Below the pieces are notes generated by a model that ran no database searches, was not told the origin of the DNA, and saw nothing but the letters and a program-made list of their open reading frames with translations. Of a DNA stretch of 64,000 nucleotides, positions 51,077 to 59,508 are shown in pieces. The translations under genes and the position numbers were made by a program. The stretch is from an uncultured Candidatus Rokubacteria bacterium (GTDB taxonomy: Bacteria; Methylomirabilota; Methylomirabilia; Rokubacteriales; CSP1-6): NCBI GenBank assembly GCA_963754315.1, contig CAVWFS010000008.1, positions 320,001-384,000 of the forward strand, written 5' to 3'. The stretch's first letter is position 1. Every line of letters starts with the position of its first letter.

Positions 51077-51982
51077 TTAAAGATTTCTAAGCTGAGGATC
51101 GAGGCGGACGCGCAGCCAGTCGCCGAAGAGCTGGGTGGCGAGCACGATCAGCATGATGCAGACCCCCGGAAACACCGTGAGCCACCATTGGCCGGCCATC
51201 AGGGTGGGGCGCGCTTCGGAGAGCATGAGACCCCAGGCGGGCTGAGGAGGAGGCACGCCGATTCCGAGAAAGCTGAGCGACGCTTCCGCGATGATGACGA
51301 CGCCGACGGTGAGGCTGCCCAGCACGGTGGCCGTGTTCATGACATTGGGCAAGATGTGCCGCTTGATCACCCGCAGCTTGCTGGCGCCCGCAATCTCGGC
51401 CAGCTTCACGAACTCTCGTTCGCGCAGGGTCAGGACCTCACCCCGGATGACACGCGCGTAGCGTGTCCAGTAGAGGCAGCCCAGGATGATGATGATGTTC
51501 CACATGCTGGGCCCGACCATGGCGGCCAGGAAGATGGCAAAGACGAGGGCCGGCAAGGCCAGCCAGGCGTCGGTCACGCGCATGATGATCTGATCGACCC
51601 AGCCCCCGACGTACCCTGACAGAATTCCCATGGCGGTTCCGATGCCGCCGGCCACCAAGGTTCCCATCAACCCCACGATCAACGACACCCGGGCGCCGTA
51701 GATGAGGCGGCTGAGGACGTCCCGACCCTGGAAGTCGGTCCCAAGCGGGGTCGTGGCGTTGCCTCCCTCCATCCAGAAGGGCGGAGCGAACATGACTGCG
51801 TCCTTCACGGGAAGCGTCGGGTCGTGAGGGGCCAGGACGTCGGCGAAGATCGCCACCAGGGTGAGTCCGGTGAGAAGGATCACCGCCACCAAGGGGGCCT
51901 CTCGCAGTGCCTTGAGCACGGTCGTGACTCGGCTCTCGGTGCGTCCTGGAACGAGCGGCCTGTGCGTCGCGATGGTCGCCAT
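51077..51982 (-). CDS. Peptide ABC transporter permease (OppC-like)
   Basis: LGTDFQGRDVLSRLIYGAR, EFVKLAEIAGAS, HILPN, SLSFLG. Confidence 0.93.
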   Translation of the reverse strand: MATIATHRPLVPGRTESRVTTVLKALREAPLVAVILLTGLTLVAIFADVLAPHDPTLPVKDAVMFAPPFWMEGGNATTPLGTDFQGRDVLSRLIYGARVSLIVGLMGTLVAGGIGTAMGILSGYVGGWVDQIIMRVTDAWLALPALVFAIFLAAMVGPSMWNIIIILGCLYWTRYARVIRGEVLTLREREFVKLAEIAGASKLRVIKRHILPNVMNTATVLGSLTVGVVIIAEASLSFLGIGVPPPQPAWGLMLSEARPTLMAGQWWLTVFPGVCIMLIVLATQLFGDWLRVRLDPQLRNL

Positions 51983-51989
51983 GATCCTC

Positions 51990-52910
51990 CTACCTCGTGA
52001 GCCGGATGCGCGGATCGATGAACGCGTAAACGATGTCCACGAACAGGTTGATCCCGATGATCATGAAGCCCGCCATGATCACCACGCCCTGCACGAGCGG
52101 GAAGTCCCGCTGGAAGATCCCCTCGTAGAGCAGGCGGCCGATGCCGGGCCAGGCGAAGATCACCTCGATGATGACGGCGGCGTTGACCATGACCACCATG
52201 TTGACCCCCGCCAGGGTGAACACAGGGATCAGCGCGTTCTTGAAGGCGTGCATGGCGATGACCACCACGTCGGGCAGCCCCTTCAGCCGAGCCAGCTTGA
52301 TGTACTCGCTGCCCAGAACTTCCAGCATGCTGGAACGGGTCAGGCGGAGCATGGAGGCGGCGAAGTACCAGCCGAGGGCAAGGGCGGGCATGATGACGTG
52401 CCGCCAGTCTCCGGCCCCCGAGGTGGGCAGCCAGCGAAGCCACACGGAAAACACGAGGATCAACACCAAGCCCAGCCAGAAGCCGGGGATGGAGAGACCG
52501 AGAAGGGCCACCCCCTTGGCCACATTGTCCCACCAGGTGTTGACCTTCACCGCCGAGATGATGCCGGCCGGAATCCCGATCAGTAAAGAGATCAGGGTCG
52601 CGGCCAGCCCCAAGGTCAGCGAGTTGGGCAGACGCTGGAAGTAGAGCTCGCTGACGGGGAGCCGGTAGTTGAAGGACTTGCCGAGCTCACCCTTGAAGGC
52701 GTTACGCATGAAGGTCACGTATTGCACGGGCCACGATCGGTCGAGTCCCCATTGCTGACGGATTCGCTCGAGGTCTTCGGGCCGGGCGCTGGCTTCCGCC
52801 ATCAGGGCTACCGGGTCGCCCGTGAACCGGACGATGAGGAAGATCGTCGCGCTCAGAATCAAGAGGGTGACGATGCTGTAGAGGACCCGGCGAACGATGA
52901 ACTGTCGCAT
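51990..52910 (-). CDS. Peptide ABC transporter permease (OppB-like)
   Basis: GLDRSWPVQY, SIPGFW, YIKLARLKGL, EVIFAWPGIG, RDFPLVQG, DPRIR. Confidence 0.93.
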   Translation of the reverse strand: MRQFIVRRVLYSIVTLLILSATIFLIVRFTGDPVALMAEASARPEDLERIRQQWGLDRSWPVQYVTFMRNAFKGELGKSFNYRLPVSELYFQRLPNSLTLGLAATLISLLIGIPAGIISAVKVNTWWDNVAKGVALLGLSIPGFWLGLVLILVFSVWLRWLPTSGAGDWRHVIMPALALGWYFAASMLRLTRSSMLEVLGSEYIKLARLKGLPDVVVIAMHAFKNALIPVFTLAGVNMVVMVNAAVIIEVIFAWPGIGRLLYEGIFQRDFPLVQGVVIMAGFMIIGINLFVDIVYAFIDPRIRLTR

Positions 52911-52925
52911 ACCGAGGCCTCCTGG

Positions 52926-54524
52926 CTACTGGTCCTTCACCTTCAGGTCTTCCCAGGGGTACGCGTAACCGGTGGTGATGGTCGGGAACACGTCCTGCCA
53001 CTTCTGCGCCACCACACGGGGGCCGATGGCGTTGACGAACGCGTGGCGGAAGACGGGCACGAGGTAGTAGTTCTCGAGGATGCCACGCTGGATCTCCTCG
53101 GCCAGCTTCTTGCGCTCGGCGGGATTGACCGACCGCTCGTACTGCTCGAACTTCGTGTCGAGATCTTTCACGCAGACGCGATCGCGCACATTGAAGCCGC
53201 CGCACTTGAAGTGGCCTTCGTACCAGAAAGACCAGCTTCCCCCGATGCGGGCGCCATGCAGAATGATCTGTGTCCCCGGAAATTCCTTGAGACCGCCCTG
53301 CAGGCGCTGGAAGAAGATGCCGCGCTCCATGGTTTGCAGTCGGCCACGGATCCCGACCTCGCGCAGCTGGGCGATGATGCGCTCTCCCCGCGAGTAGAAG
53401 GTGGGCAACGGCGTGACCCACTCCACATCGAAGCCGTTCGGGTAGCCGGCCTCGCGCAGAAGCTGTTTGGCCTTCTCCACGTTGCGTGGGAACTCGGGCC
53501 AGTCGATGGCGTACTGGACATCGTCGTTGATCCAGTTCCCGGTCGGCTTGCCCATGCCCGCCGTCTCCGCCTGGTTCATGGCTCGTCGGTCGATGGCCAA
53601 GCTCACCGCTTCCCGCACCCGCTTATCGCGGAAGGGGTTCTTCGGGTCCTGAAACCCGGGGAACTCTATGAAGAACGAGCCGGATAGGACCGGCGCCAGG
53701 GTCACCCCAGGCAGCTTCCCGACCTTGGCGATCAGCTCGCCCGGGACGTTGTAGATGATGTCTGCCTCGCCCCGCTCCAGCATGGCGACCCGGGTGGACG
53801 CCTCCGGTACCGCGGTCATGACGAGCTGCTTGGTGTGGACAGGACGGTAGTAGCCCTCGAAAGCCTCCATCTCGACCTTCACGCCCGGCTCATGGCGCAC
53901 GAGCTTGAAGGGGCCGGCTCCGATGGGCTTCTGCTTGAAGCCGTCGGCTCCGACCTGCTTGTAGTACTTCTCGGGGACCACCCAGCCGGGCCCGGCCACG
54001 TTGGCCGTCCCGAAGAGGATGGCGAAGTCCAGGAAGGGTTCCTTGAAGACGAAGCGGATCGTACGGTCGTCGACGATCTCGACCCGCTCTGTCTTCTTCT
54101 TGAAGACGTCGGCCTTTGCTCCCCGATAGTTCTCGTAGCTGAACTTGACGTCTTGAGGGGTCACCGGGTCACCGTTGTGGAACTTCGTGCCTTTGCGCAG
54201 GGTAAAGGTGGCGCTCTTGGCGTCGGCGGCGACGGCGAAGCGCTCGGCCAACGCCGGATGGTCGTAGAGGACGGTGCCCTGATTCTTGATGAGGGCATCG
54301 TGCAGGGCGGTGAAGAAGTTGTCAGGAGTGGCGGTGCCGTCGTGCTCCTGCGGGTCCAGCCAGCGGGAGGTAAGACCGGCATGCCAGGCGAGCGTGATCT
54401 TGCCTTTGCCGTTTGCTCCGGCCGGGGACGAGAACGGTCGCACCACGGACCCGACGGCGATCAGTAGCAGGACAATGGGCAGCAGGCGAAACGCATAGCG
54501 CGCCTCGAATCGGGGACGTCTCAT
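52926..54524 (-). CDS. ABC transporter substrate-binding protein, family 5
   Basis: Signal peptide; FTLRKGTKFHNG, DVKFS, GAGPFK; upstream TTGACC-17-TAGCCT on minus strand (54572-54600). Confidence 0.92.
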   Translation of the reverse strand: MRRPRFEARYAFRLLPIVLLLIAVGSVVRPFSSPAGANGKGKITLAWHAGLTSRWLDPQEHDGTATPDNFFTALHDALIKNQGTVLYDHPALAERFAVAADAKSATFTLRKGTKFHNGDPVTPQDVKFSYENYRGAKADVFKKKTERVEIVDDRTIRFVFKEPFLDFAILFGTANVAGPGWVVPEKYYKQVGADGFKQKPIGAGPFKLVRHEPGVKVEMEAFEGYYRPVHTKQLVMTAVPEASTRVAMLERGEADIIYNVPGELIAKVGKLPGVTLAPVLSGSFFIEFPGFQDPKNPFRDKRVREAVSLAIDRRAMNQAETAGMGKPTGNWINDDVQYAIDWPEFPRNVEKAKQLLREAGYPNGFDVEWVTPLPTFYSRGERIIAQLREVGIRGRLQTMERGIFFQRLQGGLKEFPGTQIILHGARIGGSWSFWYEGHFKCGGFNVRDRVCVKDLDTKFEQYERSVNPAERKKLAEEIQRGILENYYLVPVFRHAFVNAIGPRVVAQKWQDVFPTITTGYAYPWEDLKVKDQ

Positions 54525-54628
54525 CTGTGAGCCTCCACTGGGGAGTCGGTCGCGACGATAGAGAGTGCCGTAGGCTAGCCCGAGCCCGGGACCCGGTCAA
54601 GTTGTGCTGACACCTGCCTGTCGAAAAG

Positions 54629-55822
54629 CTAGACGATGGCCTCGCGTCGGAGACGCTCGATGTCCTCCGGGCCATAGCCGGCTTCGGCGAGGATCTCATC
54701 GGTGTGCTCGCCGAGCGATGGCGGCGCTCGGTCGATGCTCGGGCTGCCATGCGCCAGTCGGAAGCCCGCCCCGACGAGGCGCAGGGGACCGTAGCGCGAG
54801 TCGACCGTCTGCAATACGTCGCGGTGCTTGAGCTGGGGATGCTCCACGATCTCGTCGATCTTCCAGATGCTCGCGCAGGGCACATCCGCCGCGGTGAGCC
54901 GCGACTCCCAGGTCTTGGGGTCATCGGTGGCCAGCGCACCCTCGATGATCTCGCGCAGCGCCGCCACGTTCTCGGTTCGGGCCGCCCAGTCCTTGAACCG
55001 TGGGTCGTCGAGCGCCTCGGGCCGCCCCAAGGTGCGCATGAGGCCGGCGAACTGCTTCTCCGTCAGCACGGCGAGCACGATGAAGCCGTCCTTGGCCCGG
55101 AACCGGCTGGCCGTCGGTTTGCGGCTCACCGAGCCGTTGCCGATTTGCCGCTGCTCGATCCCGGCCACCGTGTACTCGGACACGGGGCCGGGAATGAAGG
55201 CGAGGGCGGCGTCGAGCATGGCCACGTCCACGAACTGTCCGCGGCCGGTGTGCGTACGCTGGTAGAGTGCGCTCGCCACCGCCAGGGCCGCCGTCATGCC
55301 GCCGATCGTGTCACAGATGGCAAACCCCGCCCGCATGGGACCGCCGGCCGGCTCGCCGGTGATGGACATGATGCCCGACATCGCCTGCAGCTTGCCGTCG
55401 AAGGCAGCCGTCGTGCGCTCCGGCCCGGAGTGGCCGAAGCCGGACACGGCACAGTAGATGAGCCGCGGATTGATGGCGGAGAGCACTTCATAGCCGAGGC
55501 CCAGCCTGTCCATGACCCCGGGACGGAAGTTCTCCCACACCACGTCGGCCTTCGCCACGAGCCGCTTGACGACCTCCAGCGCCTCTGGCCGTCGGAGGTC
55601 GAGCGTGATACTACGCTTGTTGCCGTTCACGGCCATGAACGACGGCGGCAGCTTCCGTGCCGCCCATTCTTTCGAGATGAGCTGCGCGCGCGTCTCGTCA
55701 CCGTCACGGGATTCGATCTTGACCACGTCGGCGCCGAGGAGGGCGAGCTGGTAGGTGCCGTAGGGACCCGCCAGATACCGGGTGAGGTCGAGGATGCGGA
55801 CCCCCGCGAAGGGTTTGCTCAT
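54629..55822 (-). CDS. Class III CoA-transferase (CaiB/BaiF family)
   Basis: RILDLTRYLAGP, GADVVKIE, NKRSITLDL, ENFRPG, catalytic Asp in AFDGKLQAMSG; ATGA overlap with upstream gene. Confidence 0.93.
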   Translation of the reverse strand: MSKPFAGVRILDLTRYLAGPYGTYQLALLGADVVKIESRDGDETRAQLISKEWAARKLPPSFMAVNGNKRSITLDLRRPEALEVVKRLVAKADVVWENFRPGVMDRLGLGYEVLSAINPRLIYCAVSGFGHSGPERTTAAFDGKLQAMSGIMSITGEPAGGPMRAGFAICDTIGGMTAALAVASALYQRTHTGRGQFVDVAMLDAALAFIPGPVSEYTVAGIEQRQIGNGSVSRKPTASRFRAKDGFIVLAVLTEKQFAGLMRTLGRPEALDDPRFKDWAARTENVAALREIIEGALATDDPKTWESRLTAADVPCASIWKIDEIVEHPQLKHRDVLQTVDSRYGPLRLVGAGFRLAHGSPSIDRAPPSLGEHTDEILAEAGYGPEDIERLRREAIV

Positions 55823-56733
55823 GCCTCCTCGCGCTTGCCCCGGGCGACGGCCTTCACCGCGTCGAACTCCTTGCGGCGCTCGGCGATCTCCGCGGGGGTG
55901 AGCTTGGAGAGGTTGGAGAAGTCGAGCTTCCAGGACGGGTCGTCGAGCCACCGGAGGGGCGACTGGACCGTCGTGCGGGCGGCCGGAGCGGATTCCAGGA
56001 GTCGGAGCGCCAGCTCCAGGGTGGCCGCCTGCGACTCGGTGTCGAACGGGCGCCCGGCGGAGTTCCCGAGCGGGAAATCGCTGAACAGGAAGCGCGGGAC
56101 CCCGCAGTGCTCGACGATGTCCTTGGCGCACCCCATGATCACCGTAGGCAGGCCGTTGGCTTCCAAGTGCCTGGCCACCAGACTCACGGTCTGGTGACAC
56201 ACCGGTCAGTTGGGGACAAGCAGCGCCGCGTCGGCGTCATCTTCCCGGCACCGTCGGAGGAGCTCCGGGGCGTCCGTCTCCATGGTGACCCGATGGCTCC
56301 GGTTCGTTGGCGCCCCGTGAAAGCGCGCTGTCAGCGCAGCGATTCTGCCAGCCTTGACGGCCTCCTGCAGACGTCGCAGGGGCAGCCAGGTGTTGGGATC
56401 CGCCGCCGTGGTGTGGATGCGGTCATAGCCGACGTGCGAGATGCGCACGTCGGGCACTGCATCGGTCGCCTCGGAGTACACCGTGTAGAACTTGGCGGCT
56501 GCGTTGTAGGGCGCGCCGGGCCCCTGCTCACCGAGACCGGGCTGATACGGGGCGGCCGTCGTGATCAACGCCAGCCGTGTCCGTGCCAGGGGGACCGTGA
56601 GCGGCGTAAAGGGTACGTCGACGTAATGTGCCCAGCGATACGGGTTGTCATAGCCGAGCGTCAGGTAGTAGTCGCGAGTTCGCTGCATGTACGGGATGGG
56701 GACGTCGTGCTCGGCGACAACCGTCATCAGCAT
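55819..56733 (-). CDS. Glycine/sarcosine/betaine/D-proline reductase selenoprotein B-like protein (U-P-V-C; TGA at 56208-56206 read as Sec)
   Basis: ORFs 56206..56733 and 55819..56202 share one frame: LALITTA...DPNTWLPL...ALLVPN-TGA-PVCHQTVSLVARHLEANGLPTV...FPLG; perfect hairpin follows. Confidence 0.9.
56174..56198 (-). promoter_or_regulatory. Putative bacterial SECIS hairpin of the GrdB/PrdB-like gene
   Basis: mRNA GU-CACCAGAC-CGUGA-GUCUGGUG-GC: 8 perfect bp plus 2 extension pairs, loop begins 17 nt after UGA. Confidence 0.75.
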
Positions 56734-56769
56734 CTCTCCAGTCAGCAGACGGCGATGTTCATCGTCCCC

Positions 56770-57717
56770 TCAGGCGGGGAAGATGCGCGTAACCACGTCG
56801 CGGGCGCGGGCTGGGTCGACCCCGCTCGCCTGCTGGCAGGGGGTCATCTCGGCCAAGACGCGCTCCGGGTCCTTCCAGAGCCGGTACTTCTTGTAGGTAT
56901 CCTCGAACTCGATGTCGAGTCCCCTGGCAAAGACGGAGAGGTAGTGCTCGATGGCGAGCGGTTGTTCCTCCTCGAAGTGACAGGTCATGCGCTGGCAGCC
57001 GTGATAGATCGTGGCCATGGTGGTGGCGCCGGCGGCGGCTGCCTGCGCCAGCTCGTTTCGGACCAGTGTGTTCCAGCCGTCGACGCCGAGTTGCTCGTGG
57101 GACGTGGGGCCGCATGAGCGACCGAAAGCGAGGGTCGGCGCGATATCGACGTACTCGATGCCAGGCAATGCTTCCAGCAGTTGACGGCACGCCGCCCCCT
57201 CGCGCTGCCGTGCCTCACCGACCGCGTGACGGTGCAGGGCCACCCGCGCCTCGACCCGGCGGCTGAACTGCAGCCGGGGTAGCTGATCGACGAGGAACTC
57301 GGTCGTGTGGCGCACCCGGAACGGCAGGCGCTGCTGGAGCACGTCGTCGTAAAAGTGAATGCAGGACGGGCACCACATCACGACCTCGTCCGGTCGGTAG
57401 CGCTTGAACAGCTCGACCGTGCGGTGACTCATCCCTTCCCCGGCGGCCGTGTCACCGTTGCGGTGATGGACGATGCCGCAGCAGTAGGCGGCGCCGCCCA
57501 CGGCCACGTAGTCCAGGCCGAGCTGGTCGAAGAGGGCGGTGATGGTGCGGACCATGTGAGACGTCCGCAGCACGTTACAGCCGAGATAGAGAACGATGGC
57601 GTGAGGCTCCGGGTCGCGTTCGGGGGCCGTGAGGCGCCAGCGCCGCTCGTCGGGCGTGGTCATGAGGTCGTGCAGCACACGCAGCTCGCCGAAGTACTTG
57701 CCGTAGTCGAAGGTCAT
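56770..57717 (-). CDS. CCG-domain Fe-S protein (HdrB/GlpC-like, no ferredoxin domain)
   Basis: C-x31-CC-x35-CxxC motif (YLGC...YCCG...WCPSC) and degenerate second copy (SCG...YHGC); TGATAAGCT 7 nt before ATG. Confidence 0.85.
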   Translation of the reverse strand: MTFDYGKYFGELRVLHDLMTTPDERRWRLTAPERDPEPHAIVLYLGCNVLRTSHMVRTITALFDQLGLDYVAVGGAAYCCGIVHHRNGDTAAGEGMSHRTVELFKRYRPDEVVMWCPSCIHFYDDVLQQRLPFRVRHTTEFLVDQLPRLQFSRRVEARVALHRHAVGEARQREGAACRQLLEALPGIEYVDIAPTLAFGRSCGPTSHEQLGVDGWNTLVRNELAQAAAAGATTMATIYHGCQRMTCHFEEEQPLAIEHYLSVFARGLDIEFEDTYKKYRLWKDPERVLAEMTPCQQASGVDPARARDVVTRIFPA

Positions 57718-57746
57718 GTCGGGTAGCTTATCATTCGAAGCCGCGC

Positions 57747-58496
57747 TCAGACAGGTCGGCGGTGCACGCGGATGCCGTCGTCGAGCGAGCAGTCGATCCG
57801 GAGAACCATGCCCTCCCGTTGTCGGTCTTCCCACTCGCGTCCGGGGGCGCCGGCATAGTACGCGGCGGTCTGACCCTGGCTGACGTCTGTCTGGACGTGC
57901 TGGTGACCGAGGGCGATGTAGTCCCAGCCGCTGTCACGAATCTCGTCGGCAAATATCGGTGACGACCGCTCCGGTCGCTGCCGCTCCGGATAGAAGAAAC
58001 CGTGCCCCATGGCCAGGCACCAGCGCCGGTCGTCACGGCGCGGGATATGGGCGAGCGGCTGAAAGGCGGGCTCATGCTCTTGCATGGCACGGCCCCACAC
58101 GACCACCTCGAGCTCGGGAAACTCGATGATCTCCCCGCCGAGTTGGCGAATCACATGAACGTGGGGTGCCCCCGCGGTGAAGTCGGGCCGGTCGTAGATG
58201 GCATCCGGCTGCAAGGCGTCGTGGTTGCCCGGCAGGATGACGACTGGCTGACGGAGCCGATTGAGCTCCCGCCGCACAAAGGCGACCATGTCGTCGGGCA
58301 CGCGATTGTGGTCGAAAAGGTCACCCGCGACCAGGAGCAGATCGACCTCGTCCGCCTGGGCTCGGTCGACGATGCGCTGGAAGAGACGCCGGCTTTGCTC
58401 CTGGTGCGCGGCCTGCTGGTCGGGATCGCCGTAACCATCGCTGCCCAGATGCACGTCGGCTGTGTGAAGAACTCGCAGGGGTCGGTGGCTGCCCAC
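57747..58496 (-). CDS. Calcineurin-like metallophosphoesterase, SbcD/Mre11 N-terminal type
   Basis: HTADVHLG, AGDLFD, PGNHD, GHG, DYIALGHQH, YAG. Confidence 0.88.
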   Translation of the reverse strand: MGSHRPLRVLHTADVHLGSDGYGDPDQQAAHQEQSRRLFQRIVDRAQADEVDLLLVAGDLFDHNRVPDDMVAFVRRELNRLRQPVVILPGNHDALQPDAIYDRPDFTAGAPHVHVIRQLGGEIIEFPELEVVVWGRAMQEHEPAFQPLAHIPRRDDRRWCLAMGHGFFYPERQRPERSSPIFADEIRDSGWDYIALGHQHVQTDVSQGQTAAYYAGAPGREWEDRQREGMVLRIDCSLDDGIRVHRRPV

Positions 58497-58513
58497 CCCT
58501 GCAGCATGCCACA

Positions 58514-58541
58514 TTGACAGGCCTCGGTGCGTCCGCATAAT
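58514..58541 (+). promoter_or_regulatory. Putative sigma70 promoter, leaderless
   Basis: TTGACA-16-CATAAT, ATG 6 nt downstream at 58548. Confidence 0.6.
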
Positions 58542-58547
58542 GCCGCC

Positions 58548-58982
58548 ATGACTCCTCCATCCGCGACGCCCGAGCAGTGGCTTCACGCCTTCGAGTCGGC
58601 GGTGCGCGCCCGGGACTTCGCCGGCGGCCGTACGATGTTCGCCACCGACGCGGTAGCCTTCGGCACCTGGGCCCGCGCGGTCAGCGGGCTCGACAATATC
58701 GTTCGCGAGCAGTGGCAGAACGTCTGGCCCCGCATCCGCGACTTTCAGTTCGAGGCGGACGCTCGTATTCGAACCTCCGGTGACACCGCCTGGATCGCGG
58801 TGGGCTGGCAGACAGAAGCGACCGGTCCCGATGGCCGTCCGTTCGCCCGTCCCGGCCGCGGCACCTTCGTGCTGGAGCGGCGAGAGGGAAAATGGCTCGC
58901 CGTGCACAGCCACTTCTCCCTGCTACCTTCCCAGTCCGAGACAGCCCACGGGCGGCTCCCCGGCGGCGCCGCGCCTGCATGA
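58548..58982 (+). CDS. NTF2/SnoaL-like family protein
   Basis: AVRARDF...FATDAVAFGT, GRGTFVLERREGKWLAVHSHFS. Confidence 0.85.
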   Translation: MTPPSATPEQWLHAFESAVRARDFAGGRTMFATDAVAFGTWARAVSGLDNIVREQWQNVWPRIRDFQFEADARIRTSGDTAWIAVGWQTEATGPDGRPFARPGRGTFVLERREGKWLAVHSHFSLLPSQSETAHGRLPGGAAPA

Positions 58983-59476
58983 CCAGCGTGCGGGTACGGC
59001 CCGCCCAGCCCTCGGACGCGGCGATCCTGGCCGAGATGGCCAACGACCTCAACGACCACGTCGAGATCCACGGGCGGCCGTTCACGCCTGAGACGATCCG
59101 TGCCGATGGTTTCGGCCCCCACGCCGGCTTTTCGGCGCTGGTCGCCGAAGTGGAGGGCGCCGTCGTTGGTTACGCCTTCTTCGCGATGGGCTACAACACC
59201 GATGTGGCCGCCCGCTCCATGTGGCTTCACGATCTGTTCGTGGCGCCGGCGGCCCGACGCTCGGGGGTCGGATCCGCCCTCATGGCGGCGGTGGCGCTGG
59301 AGACGACTCGGGTCGGCGCGGTGTCACTGGAGTGGGGGGTGCATAGCGCGAACACCGGGGCGCTGGAGTTCTACCGGCGGCTGGGCGCGGGAGGCGCCGA
59401 GGTGCGGATCATGGGCATCGACGGCGACCGTCTGCGTGCTCTGGCGGCGGCCGTCCCACGGGTGACGGCGCGTTGA
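58979..59476 (+). CDS. GNAT family N-acetyltransferase
   Basis: VRPAQPSD, LHDLFVAPAARRSGVGSALM, NTGALEFYRRLG; ATGA overlap. Confidence 0.9.
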   Translation: MTSVRVRPAQPSDAAILAEMANDLNDHVEIHGRPFTPETIRADGFGPHAGFSALVAEVEGAVVGYAFFAMGYNTDVAARSMWLHDLFVAPAARRSGVGSALMAAVALETTRVGAVSLEWGVHSANTGALEFYRRLGAGGAEVRIMGIDGDRLRALAAAVPRVTAR

Positions 59477-59503
59477 CCTTCTCGTGATGATGCAATAGCA
59501 TCA
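59473..59503 (+). promoter_or_regulatory. vapBC promoter with overlapping palindromic operator
   Basis: TTGACC-17-TAGCAT; perfect inverted repeat TGATGC-AATA-GCATCA (59488-59503) over the -10 box; ATG 7 nt downstream. Confidence 0.7.
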
Positions 59504-59508
59504 GATGC

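Noticed and set aside
54629..56200. 523-aa ORF as one long CoA-transferase
   Set aside because: The first ~125 codons overlap the selenoprotein gene in another frame; the real start is ATG 55822 after GAGGAGG
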